Source of the DNA: Cenococcum geophilum | Taxonomy: Eukaryota | Length of the DNA: 64,000 bases | NCBI GenBank assembly: GCA_050273025.1 | Contig: CP158636.1 | Coordinates: 12,090,001-12,154,000, forward strand | Direction of reading: 5' to 3' | Shown: piece by piece, positions 1-11,320 of the stretch | Position numbering within the stretch: position 1 is the stretch's first letter | How the letters are laid out: each line of letters begins with the position of its first letter | The notes under the pieces: model-generated | What the model was told of the DNA's origin: nothing | Databases searched by the model: none | The model's input: only the letters and a program-made list of their open reading frames with translations | Program-made: the position numbers and the translations under genes

Positions 1-3000
1 AAGATATAAGAAATACTAAGTAAGAAGATAATTAAGCGTAAGAAGATACCTAGTTAAGGACTATACCTTAATACTACGGGACGAATCGGTATATTGATTA
101 GAGGTTATAACTACTACCTCCTAGCCCTAAATAACGCCACATACTATACCTAAGTTATTCCTTTTAAAACCTTATAAACTAAAGAAGTACTACCGTATAT
201 TAAAGAGATTATTATAAGGGTAGAGAGGTTTACTGGTAATAAAGCTATATAGATTCGAGCGGATAATAGAAAGGGGGAGTTTGGCCGCAGATTCTAAGAT
301 AAATTAATACCCTAAGGTATTAATTTTAAGCCTTACCCGCCATATAAGCACTTATACAATAGCGCAATTAAGCGCGCAATCTATATAGTTAACTGCAAGA
401 TAAGGTTACTTCTATTTTAAGGAAATATACTAGTTAAACTCTAGTGCTATGTAGTTAAACACACTGTTTAGATTAAGAATCGAGTACCAACCTTAGCACT
501 TCTATTTAACAACGAGTATAGTAGTACTATTATACTATACAAGGCATATACCCAATAAGTCCCTAACTTAAAAAATCTAGTTATCTTTAGGTATTACATT
601 AACCTAATTAATACGCTTAAGAAACACCCTAGAAAGTATAACTTAAGGATAAAACCTAACTACGTTTTTATAGAATTAAAAGGGAGTAGTTAATTTAAGA
701 TAATAAACCTATATACGCAAGCAATTAAGCTCTATAGAGATACTAAAGTAAATGAGTATAGGTTCCCTTATAGAGTATATTAGGTGCTAGCTATAAGCTA
801 AGCTATAAAATATACTATAAGCCAAGCCATAAACTAACCTAGACCTCCTCCTCCTACCTTAAATAGGCCGATAAAGACTCTAGTTATAAGAACTAAAAGT
901 AGGCCAGATAGTAACTAAGTAGGCCATTTAAGCCAAGTAGGAAGCCTAGGTTAAGACTAAGTAGGCTACTTAAATTAAGTAGGAAGCCCAGGTTAAGATT
1001 AAGTGGGACGCTTAAATTTATAAGGTAATGCTTAGGGTAGGACGCCCGTATAAAGTATATTAATATATATTCCTTATATATAGAGAATAAGGTCTAAAAG
1101 GTTACTAAATATAAAGGTTTTTAACAGTATAGTGGTTTAGTTAGTAATAGCTATAAAAGCTATCTACCTAAAAGCTAAGAACACTACCTCCTTAGGAGCA
1201 CCTATAGCACTGTTTAACGCTATTAAGCTAGATTAGGCCTTAAGGGAGGACGCTCCTAACTAGATAAAAGCTATCTTTAAAGAATTTCTCTTTCTTAAGA
1301 GAATGCACACCTATACTATTATAAGAGGGAGAGTACTAGAAGAAAGGTTATTACTCCTAAGTAAGCTAGTTCTAAAGCACAAGTATAACGCTAAGGGAGA
1401 AGTAATTCGTAAGAAGGTAAGACTATATATTTAGGGAGATAAGTAGACCCCTAATATTGACTATTTTAAGACATTTACGTTAGTTATATAATACGACACC
1501 TTTAGGTTTTTAATAGTAAAAGTGGTAGTAAAAGACCTTAAGCTTAACTATATTAATATTAAAACTATATTCTTAAACCCGCCATTATAAGAACAGATCT
1601 ATATATAGATTTTTAACCTATTAAGAGACTTTAAACCTAACCTTAAGGGGGTAAAAGACGCCTACTTAAAGCTAAATAAGTTACTTTATAGCCTAAAGCA
1701 GGCACTAAGAAAATGGTTCCTTATAGTTAAGAAGTTCTTTAAGAGTATAGGTTTAAAATTAGCTGAAGCTAACCCTAATCTCTTTATAGGAAATAAAGTA
1801 TATATTTTACTATTTATTAATAATATGCTAATTATAGGTAAGCGCTAATACCTTAATATTATAAAGATAAGAATTTAAAAAAAATAGAGATATAAAGACC
1901 TAGGTCCTATAGAGGTATTTATAGGCTTCTAAATTAATTAAGATTGTACGAACTAAACCCTTAAGCTATATTAGACGATGTATATTAAGAAGCTACTTAA
2001 ACGGCTAAAAATGGACAACTGTAATCCGGCTAAGCTACTAATACTAGCTAGCACTATTCTAAAAGCGGATATTAAAAGTCTCTTTAAGTACGACAATGTA
2101 ACGGTATACTAATAGATTATTAGCTCTATAATCTACCTCTTAAATTATATACGTCCTAATACTAGCTACGCTATTAGTTAGTTAGCTAGATTTATAGCAG
2201 TACTAGGAGAATCGCACTACCGCCTAAGTAAGCAGCTACTATAATATCTAAACGGCACTCTTAAAACCGGAATTACCTACTTAAATTAAGTAGTTTACCT
2301 TCCTCTATATAAGCTTACGTTAACTAACTTACCTACTAGCTATAGTATCTTTACCGACGCTATATAGGGAATAGAACACAATCGGATATTATTTTAAGGT
2401 ATAGCAGTTATACGCTATAGGGGAGCTATAATCTAAATGGCTTAAAGGCAGAAGTTAACGGCATTAAGCTTAATAGAAGTAGAGATTGTGGCGGCATTAA
2501 AAGGAGTAAGGTTAGTAGTATAGCTTAAAAAGCTAACAAGAGATCTAGAGGGGAGAGATAACGACAACCTCTTTATCCCTACGCTCTATTATGACAATAA
2601 GGGTATAGTTAACCTCTTATACGATACGAAACACTACTAGAAAGCCAAGTATATTAAGACTTAATATCTCTTTATACAAAACAATATGGTTTAGCAAGAT
2701 TAACTTAAAGTGGTATATATACTAGGTAAAGATTAACTTAGAGATATACTTATAAAACAGCTACTAATTAACTAATTTACGAAGCACTATATAACGCTAG
2801 GAATTGGTAGCTAACGGAGCAAGTAACAGAGGTTTTTCGCCTACTATAGGTTTTCCCTCTATACGTAGGCCAAATGGCACTTGTAAGATATTTGGGAATA
2901 GCTTTATAATTGCCTATTTAGGAAGTAGACGAGTAGATAAAAAGAGCGTCATTAATATAGGGGAGTGTTAGAATTAAGCGAGAGATGCTGACTAAGCTCT

Positions 3001-3221
3001 GGATATATTGCGAGGACGTTACCTTAGAAGCTTAGACTAAGAAATTGATTATATAGATATAGGAATATCCGCACCGTCCGCTAAGCTAATTTAAGACGGC
3101 AATCGTTTTCTTAGTCTAAGGCCCTTTGGCGAGATTTATAGAAAACCTAAATACTATTTATATAAGAAGACTTTATTAACTTTAATGAAATTAATCTACC
3201 CTCCCACAATACCTATTAATA
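1..3221 (+). mobile_element. Ty1/Copia LTR retrotransposon, 3' half (integrase end, RT, RNase H, 3' LTR); RIP-degenerate, 5' part outside the window
   Basis: The + frame reads Copia RT motifs at ~1360-1580 (KLVLKHKY..G.VIRKKVRL; IDYFKTF; INIKTIFLN = de-RIP IDIKTAFLN). RNase H motifs follow: FTDAI.G ~2350, LYYDNKG ~2585, KAKYIK ~2641, D.LRDILIKQL ~2730, with a stop at ~2814. A purine tract AGGGGAG lies directly before TGTTAG at 2966. Confidence 0.9.
2966..3221 (+). repeat. 3' LTR of the Copia element
   Basis: Starts TG right after the PPT, has a TATA-like TATATAAG at ~3159, and ends TTAATA (RIP form of ..AACA). The partner LTR is not in the window, so the right end is inferred. Confidence 0.65.
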
Positions 3222-6200
3222 TTAAAAGTACACCAAATTATAGAGAAAAGCCTACTCTATAAAACTATGAGATCCTTAGCTTCTTATACCCGCGCGATAT
3301 TAAGAGGAAGTTGTCGCGGTAGAGGCTATAATTCCACCTCTATACTACTAAGCCGCGTAGTAACCACTAACGCTAAACGCTTACGCCCACGCCGCCTACC
3401 CTCTCTATAACCTGCGGATATTCCGTCTACAGATATTCTATTTACGGATATTCCATTTGCGGATATTTTATCTATAGATATTCCGTTTACTAATATTCCA
3501 TCTACTAGTTAAATAAAGACGTTAAAGGATAAGAAAGTTAATATTATTAAGGACCTTCTATAAAAATGGGGTTAGTCTTTTTAAAAGCTAGTTTTTAAGT
3601 ACTTAGAAAGTAGAAACGGACACAAAAGCAATAGAAAGAAGAAAAAAGTAAAGGACCTGCTTATTGCTTTACTAGAGGATAAGGAAATATAAGAAGAATT
3701 TGTTAATATGCCTAATACTTATACACCACTGGTAACCTATGCTATCCGCTATATCTAAAAAGAGCTTTGCTAACTACAGTTATAACGTGGCCCCTTTAAT
3801 ATATAGACTCCAGATATAGAGTTTAAGGATATTAACCTTAAGAATGCAGCTAAGTTTGTTTAGTAGCATAGTCCGCTACTATTTTAGCTTATTAAGGGGA
3901 TATATATACTAAATAGAGAGGAATGTAGTTGGGATCTATATAGCGGACGTATAGTTATAGTTATCTCTATATTCCTATTAGGGTTTGCCTAAAACTCCGC
4001 AAACGGTTTCACCCATCTACTTAGTCTATATCTTTAGGCACTTAGTATAAAGCGCCGTATACTATCTTTTTTATATAGCCTTAGTCTAATTAATAGTTAT
4101 AAAACTCTTAACGCTAAAAAGCTTGGGCTAGCTAAATATTTTAAGAAAAGTTCTATTAATTCTAATAGCTCTTCTAGCGCTAATAACCCTTAAGAAACTA
4201 ATTAAGTCTCTATCTATTTATAATAATATCTATATTATCTATAATAACTTTAACTATTGCTAAAAGACTTAATATTAGGTTATCGGTAAGATTAGTAAGT
4301 TTAATTCGCATACTACGGGAAAGATTTTACGCGGAGTTTGCATGCCTAAAGGGGGCCTTAAGCAGTTAATGCTAAACAACACCTATTAACTTAAGCTAAA
4401 TAAGGTTATTAATGCAGCTAGGAATAGGTTTAATGACCTTTAAAAGCAGATATCTATAAGTTTTATTACGGACGCCATTTAATAGTATATTTAACTTTAA
4501 CGTGGATATTAAATATCCGCATATACTAGTAGTTAATATTCTCCCTTATAAAAGGACAGAGTATATAACTCTAGGACCTATTCTATATAGCGAAGCTTTT
4601 ATTAATAGCAACTATTGCGTAATAAAGAATATCTTCCTAGAACAACTGCAGTATAATTATAAAACCGCTTTTAATAATTGGCTTTTCCTAATATACGGAG
4701 ATTAGAAAACCGTAAAGCTTATTTAATTATATAAAGAGGAGCGGGTTAAGGCGGAAGGTGCGTATAATAGCTATAAGTAAGTGTTGCCTATTCTAGGGCT
4801 ATAGTATATATAATTAAACTTCCTATATATAGTTATACGTACGTTCTATAGGGGTAAGGAAGCCGCATAGCAGTTTTTAGCGCTTTACGCCTATATAAAC
4901 TACTTAGGACGGCGCAGTATTTCTAGGGAAAAAGCCCTATTTTATTATATGGAAGAGCTAATCCTCTAAAGCTTTAACGCTTATATTATTACATTATTCC
5001 TACTTTATATCTATAATAAGTGCAACATTAAGGTAGGTAGTAAGGCTAAGCAATATATACAAAACCTATCTCCGCAGCAATTTTTAGAGCATATTAAGGA
5101 TATCCGCACAGTGGCTTTTTTAAGAGATATATACCGCGATGTAAATTAACGCACGTTTAATTATTTAAAGCCACCTACTAATGCACGTTAGCTAGCAGTA
5201 ACGTCGTCCTCTATAGGTATGTTAAGCTTTGCCGCTAATAATCATAATATAGAGTTCTTTAATTATATCCGGTTTTTATAGGTTATTAATATTTATAAGC
5301 TTTTAAAATACGCCATTAAGTATATAGATATCGGACTACTAAAGCGTATAATCCCCCGCCTTTACTTATACTTCGCTAAAAGCTTATTAAAGAACTATAT
5401 ATACAATATACTAATTTTATAGCAACTAGTTAGAATAAATACTTATAATTTAATGCTTTAACGGGCTATCCTTACTAATAGTTTAGTTAACCTTTAAGGG
5501 CGGCTAGATAGCTTCTTTAAGACGGATCGCCTTAATAAACTGCTAAATCTTTAACTTAAGGAGTTGCTCTAAATGTGTGGGAATTTGAAGTTTAGTATAG
5601 ACGAGCTATTTAAATAGAGTGTTCTTATAATAAGTTACACTAGCGCGCTCCGCGATATTTTTAAGCGTATATTTAGCGAATATATAAACAGTGAATATAT
5701 AACTAAGTCTTTAGCGCTAGATATCCGCTATCTTATAGATTAGATTAGAAAGGATTTAATCGTGCAATATAGGCGGCGCTTAATAGATTTTAAGGCTCCT
5801 TTACTTCTATAGCGTGGATATAAGAAACTTACAAAGGACGGCGTAAATATATTTAACGCCTTTCTATTAACTGCAGCCGGTTTACTATTTGATCCCCTTA
5901 TATATAGCTTTAGTAATGCTAATAAGAATATAGAGGTACTAGGAGAAGCTATTAAATATATTTATATAGTTTATTGTCCTAATATTACACCTATACCTCT
6001 ATAAATATATATAATAGTTAGTGTATAACTTACTTAATAAATACTAAGAGTAATAGTAATGTATTATTTTAATTACAGATATACTTCTATTATGCGTTAG
6101 CATGTATAGGATATTAGGTTTAAGGTACCTACTATTTTTTAACTTAGATTAGAGCGGCTCTTATAGGGTAGTATTGCTAATTTTAATATACAGATATCTT

Positions 6201-6358
6201 ATATTAGCGGTTTACTATATAACCCTTATAAGGACGGATTTAATAAGGATATAGATAATATACCGGAAGACTTTTAAATACTAGGGCTTATGGTACGTTT
6301 CCGTCTTAATATATTAAGCAAGTTCTTTTTATTAATATTAAATCTGGCCGGCGTATAA
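3222..6358 (+). pseudogene. DUF6589-like (Academ-type) transposase pseudogene
   Basis: Motifs in order: IIYNNFNY (de-RIP YDNFDY) 4234-4257; YGD*KT ~4694-4711; LPILGL*YI*LNFL (PGLWHMQ) ~4783-4825; AIKYIDIGLL ~5312; ILTNSLVNL*GRLDSFFKTDRLNKLLN ~5468-5550. A probable intron at ~6017-6079 precedes a last exon ending LAGV* at 6358. Family assignment is from motif recall. Confidence 0.7.
3415..3504 (+). repeat. 15-bp tandem repeat x6 (CGGATATTCCRTCTA), encoding (T/A)DIPS in the transposase N-terminus
   Basis: cggatattccgtcta|cagatattctattta|cggatattccatttg|cggatattttatcta|tagatattccgttta|ctaatattccatcta. Confidence 0.9.
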
Positions 6359-6587
6359 TTTTCTTAATGCGTAGTATATAACGTAGCAGTTAGCCGTTTT
6401 ATAGTGTAGATATATAAATATCTTTATTTTAGCTTATACGGATATCTTTACCTTAGCTTATATAGATATTATAATATTAATTAAGTATATCTATTAAATA
6501 TAAGGCGGAGACTTAATTCCTATATATATAGTAGCAAAAAGGTAAAAGCTACTATTTTATTATTATAAACCCGCAATAACAGCCAAC

Positions 6588-8190
6588 TTATATCTACTTA
6601 TTTAATATCCAGTAGCCTAGTATTGCGTATAAGTATAATAATACTACGCCTTAAGAACATAAGCTCATCCTTTATCTTACTTAGAGAATCTCTAAACTTA
6701 TTTAACTAGCGATCTATAGCTTGAATATCTTTCGCTATATTAGTTACCTATTTACGAACTATATTAATATATATAGAAATACTAATTGCTAAATACACCC
6801 TAATAGATTCTGTGCTAGTAGAAGTGGTAGTAGTAACAGTAGTACCTAGCGTGCTAGTAATTGGGAAAAGAGGTAGAGGAGTAGCGGTAGAGCGGGTGCC
6901 TTTATAGCCGCGCGTACTACTATAAGTAGGAGTCTTAATAGGGGGGGAGGTCTTAGTGGGGGGAAAAGACGTAGTGGCGCGGGCGGGGATAGTGTGAGTA
7001 TAAAGCTATACGGATATTAGCAATATTTATATTATTAAGGTACGGATATTATACTTTCTTAGTAGGTGTTCTAGCTAGACTACTGGTAGAAGCTAATTAC
7101 GCATGTTTTTTGCGCTAAGGTATAACCGGCTTTAGATTTAGTAAGCTTTCCTATATATATGTTAGCTAATAGAATAATAGTATACTATTAGCGCATACCG
7201 TTCTGCATGACCTACTACTAAAATAATATCTTAAGTATATACCTCTAAAATGAGGCTTAGAGTTCTGCTTGTAAACGCAACATTTATAGCTATGCTTTTT
7301 GCATAGAGCGCATAGCGGATTACGTAGCTTATTAAAGCTACCCTTAATATTCTAAACGTATATCAATATCCACTAGCGACTTTCCTTTATACTTTCCCAA
7401 ATATTAGCTTTTAGAGTGTACTATTTATTTACTAACAGCACTTAGATAGGAAGGCGCTTATTTATATTAGGAGTACTGCGGAGATTATAAGGGCTGCGGA
7501 GATTATAAGGGCTGCGAAGATTGTAAGGGCTGCGGAGATTATAAAAGTTAGCGTTATTAAGGTCTTAATCTTTATTGCTGTTTAAAGATTCGCTATCCAA
7601 AGGAACCTTATATATAGTGTTTAGGTTACTATAAGAGGTAAATTAATAGATAAGACGCTAAAATAATATAACTAATATATACGATTTAATAGCTATCTTA
7701 AGCTTTATATTTATATTAGCAGCCTTTTTAGCCCGCTTTTTAAGAAAAGAAGATAAACGAGCCTTGTTAAGCCTCTTTTTAAAAACATTAGGCAGCGGTA
7801 GTAGGGAGGTAGGTAGTAAAGTAGTAGATAGTAAAGTAGCCTATAGTAAAGATATAGGCAGCGGAAAGGTATTTAGTAAAAAGGTAAGCGGGTTTTTAGC
7901 GGATTTCACTTTATTTTTATTATTATCGTCTACTAAACCTTATAAAGAGCGCTTTAGTATATATTTCCTAAAATTATATTAGCTATAGGCATAATTTAGT
8001 ATTAAAAAGCTTACTCTTTAAGAATAGAATTTAAAGGCTTAGTAAGAGCAGCTATAGCGTGCTTAATAGTATTAAACTCCTTATTATTAACGTCGCGTAT
8101 ATTAAGTTCCTTAACCGCCTAGTTGCTATTATTCGCATTAATATCGTTTATAGATATAAATATAGGTATTATAGATAGTAGTATTCTAAA
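6588..8190 (-). pseudogene. Spliced gene, copy 1: six-cysteine zinc-cluster-like motif plus C-terminal coiled coil
   Basis: The - strand at ~7205-7320 reads CALCKKHSYKCCVYKQNSKPHFRGIYLRYYFSSRSC; two Tyr are RIP-compatible with Cys, giving C-x2-C-x6-C-x14-C-x2-C-x6-C. An intron GTATGC..GCTAAC..TAG lies at 7198-7151 and another GTAAGC..TAG at ~8014-7970. The tail is heptad-like (IAKDIQAIDR*LNKFRDSLSKIKDELMFLRR). Confidence 0.65.
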
Positions 8191-8529
8191 GGACAGTATA
8201 TAAAATAATAATAATAAAGTTTACGGTGCGGTGCTGTAAGGTAGAAGGTTAGTAGAGAAAGAAGAGGTATAGAGGTTAACTAAAAGTAAATATCCACGCT
8301 ACCAATTTTATTAAATTAGCTTACTAACAAATAATTACTGCTATGGTGACTTACCTTAGTAAACATTAATAGTGTAGATATATAAATATCTCTATCTTAG
8401 CTTATACGGATATTATAATATTAATTAAGTATATCTATTAAATATAAGGCAAAGACTTAATTCTTATATACGCAGTAGCAGAGAGGTAAGAGCTACTATT
8501 TTATTACTCTAAACCCATAATAACAGCCA

Positions 8530-10090
8530 ACCTATATCTACTTAAATTCTATATCCGGCAACCTAGCGTTGCGTATAAGTGTAGTAATACTACGCCTTAT
8601 AAACGCAAGTTTATCCTTAATTTTACTTAGAGAATCTTTAAGCTTACTTAACCGGCAATTTATAGCTTAAGTATCTTTCGCTATCTTAGTTACCCATTTA
8701 TAAACTATATTAACGCGCGCGGAAATAGTAATTGCTAAATACGCTCTAATATTTTCTGTAGTAGTAGGAGCGGCAGTAGTACTAGAGGTAGTACTATGCG
8801 TGCTAGGAATTAGTAAAAGAGTAGAAGGAGCAGTAGTAGAATAGGTGCCTCTACGGCTACGTATATCACTATAAGTAGGAGTCTTAGGGGGAGGGGAGGT
8901 CTTTAAAGGGGGGATAGTATAGGTATAAAGCTATGCGGATATTAGCAATATCTATATTATTAAGATGCGGATATTATACTTTCTTAGTAGGTGTTTTAGC
9001 CGGACTACTAGCAGAAGCTAATTGCGTATGTTTTTTACGCTAAGGTATAACCGGCTCTAGTTTTAGTAAATTATCCTATATATATATTAGCTGATAGAAT
9101 AGTAGTATACTATTAGTATATACCTTTTTATATAACCTGCTACTTAAGCGATATCTTAAGTACGCACCTCTAAAATATGGCCTAGAGTTCTGCTTATAAA
9201 CGCAATATTTATAATCTTGCTTAATATATAGAGCGTATAGCGGATTATATAGTATACTAAAGCTACCCTTAATATTCTAGATATAGGTATATATCCGCTA
9301 GCGAGCTTTTTTTATATTCTCCCAAGCACTAGCTTCTAGGGTATACTATTTATTTACTAACAGTACTTAAATAGAAAGGCGCTTGTTTATATTAATATCC
9401 AACGTTATAGCTTAGGCCATTTATATACTATAGAGCTTATAAGGGCTACGGAGATTATAAGAGGATAAAGGAGGGCTTTTAGGAGAGTAGGCATTATTAA
9501 GATTAATCTCTTTATCGTTATTTAAAATCTCTAATATTTCTATTAGGTTACTATAAGAGGTAAATTAGTAGATAAGATACTAAAAGAGTATAGCTAATAT
9601 ATACGATTTAAAGGCTATCTTATACTAAACATTTTATATAGCAATTTTATTAGCCTGTCTCTTAAGAGAAGTAGAAGTATAACAAGGATTAAACTTTTTA
9701 AAAGTAGCAGGCGATAAAGAAATAGGTAGCTTAAAGGTAGGCAATAAAAAGGCAAGCGGTAAAAAAGTAGGCGGTAAAGAGGTAAGCAGTAAAGAGGTAA
9801 GCGGATTTTTAGCGGATTTCGCAATAACCTTATTATAGTGCTCTACTACATTTAACAAAGAGTGCTTTAGTATATATTTCCTAAAATTATATTAGCTGCA
9901 GGCATAATTTAGTATTAGAAAGCTTACTTTTTAGGTAGAAATTCTAAAGGATTAGTAAAAGAAAGAGCGTTCTTAAAAGCGTTCTTAATTATTTTATCGT
10001 TAATATTACACGTATTAAGTTCCTTAACTAAATAGCTATTAGACGTATTTAAAGGTATAAAAAAAGGTATTATAGATAGTAGTATCCTAA
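8530..10090 (-). pseudogene. Spliced gene, copy 2 (paralogue of copy 1)
   Basis: Same exon/intron layout as copy 1. The Cys region at ~9130-9240 reads YALYIKQDYKYCVYKQNSRPYFRGAYLRYRLSSRLY, with Tyr at the Cys positions of copy 1. Confidence 0.6.
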
Positions 10091-10799
10091 TTAATAGTAG
10101 ATAAAATAATAATAATAAAGTTTGCGGTGCGTTGTTATAAGGTAGAAGGTTAGTAGAAGAAAAGGTGCGGAGATTAATTAAAGGTAAATATCCGCGCTAA
10201 GATTTTATTAAATTAGCTTACTAACAAATAATTACTGTTATAGTAATTTACCTTAGTAAATATTAACTACCTTATATACGCTTATTTGTAACGCGTAAAT
10301 CCTTTATAATTAAGTTACTACTAATTAAAGTAAGTGGGCGCCGTCTAGTTAACTTGCGAAATGGTATTAATATAGAATTACCGCTTAGCTAAGGTGCTAG
10401 AGAAGGGTTATAAGTAAATATTAGGTTTACTTAGTAAGCGGATTTCTCCCTTTTAAAGTGCGTAGATATATTATTTTGTTTTCTCTTACTATAAGGCAGA
10501 TCTAATATTAGCTAAGAGGCTTAAGGTATAGTAGCCTAAGAAGAACGGATAATATCTAATTAAGAGAATTATAAGACACTTAAACTAAATAGCTAATATA
10601 ATATAGGTTCTGCGGGTTTTAGGAGCTTTAGGTATAAACCTTAGTATTTCTCTAAATAAGAATTTAATAGACTATTTAAATACGTATACGGAGATCGACA
10701 CTTAATATTTAGATATTAATTAGAGCTCTGCCCTAGTTTTAGTTAAGTTAACAAATAAGTAAAACGCTAAGGAATATTAAATACTAACCTATAAAGCTG

Positions 10800-11320
10800 C
10801 ATTACATCTAAACCTAAGGGCGGAGATTAAGCACTAGGCTGTAGGTTCTAAGCTATACTTGGTTTAAAGAGCGGAGATTAAATATTAAGCTGTAAATTCT
10901 AAGCCGCACCCAATTTAGAAGGCAAATATTAAGCATTAGCCTATAAACCCTAAGCCTTAAGAGTTCCCTAGAAGCGGAGATCTAGTATTATAACTTAAAT
11001 CCTAAGCTTTAGGATTTTCTAGAAGCGGAGATCTAATACTACGTTATAAACTCTAAATTTCCGGATTTCCTACTATTTAGGAACTAGTGGTACGCCGCTA
11101 ATATTAAACTTTAGAATTTTTTATGGTCGGAGATCCGGTGTTATATTGCGAATATTAAACCTTAAGCTTATCTAAAAGTTAAGACTTAGTGTTACACTAT
11201 AAGCTCTAATACTTAGGCTGCCCTATAAATTTAGATTTAATACTATACTAAAAGCTTTAATATCTAGATTGCTCTAAGGGCTAAGACTTAATACTACGCT
11301 ATAAGATCTAATATCCAGCG
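10800..11320 (-). repeat. Degenerate 51-bp (17-aa) tandem repeat, ~10 copies, in the helicase tail
   Basis: A GCGGAGAT-like anchor recurs at 10820, 10871, 10922, 10974, 11025, 11127, 11178, 11229 and 11280. The de-RIP peptide is roughly GSPLPENPEAQSSQRNT. Confidence 0.8.

Larger units (their letters stand above)
6401..10266. repeat. Tandem duplication of a ~1.9-kb unit (6401-8368 and 8369-10266)
   Basis: Both units begin ATAGTGTAGATATATAAATATCT and end TTACCTTAGTAAAYATTAA. They are collinear throughout, with indels in low-complexity parts and some non-RIP substitutions. Confidence 0.95.

Noticed and set aside
10800..11320. Regularly spaced GCGGAGAT motifs as a CRISPR-like array
   Set aside because: The whole 51-bp unit is repeated, the period is a multiple of three and coding-like, there are no unique spacers or cas genes, and the context is eukaryotic.
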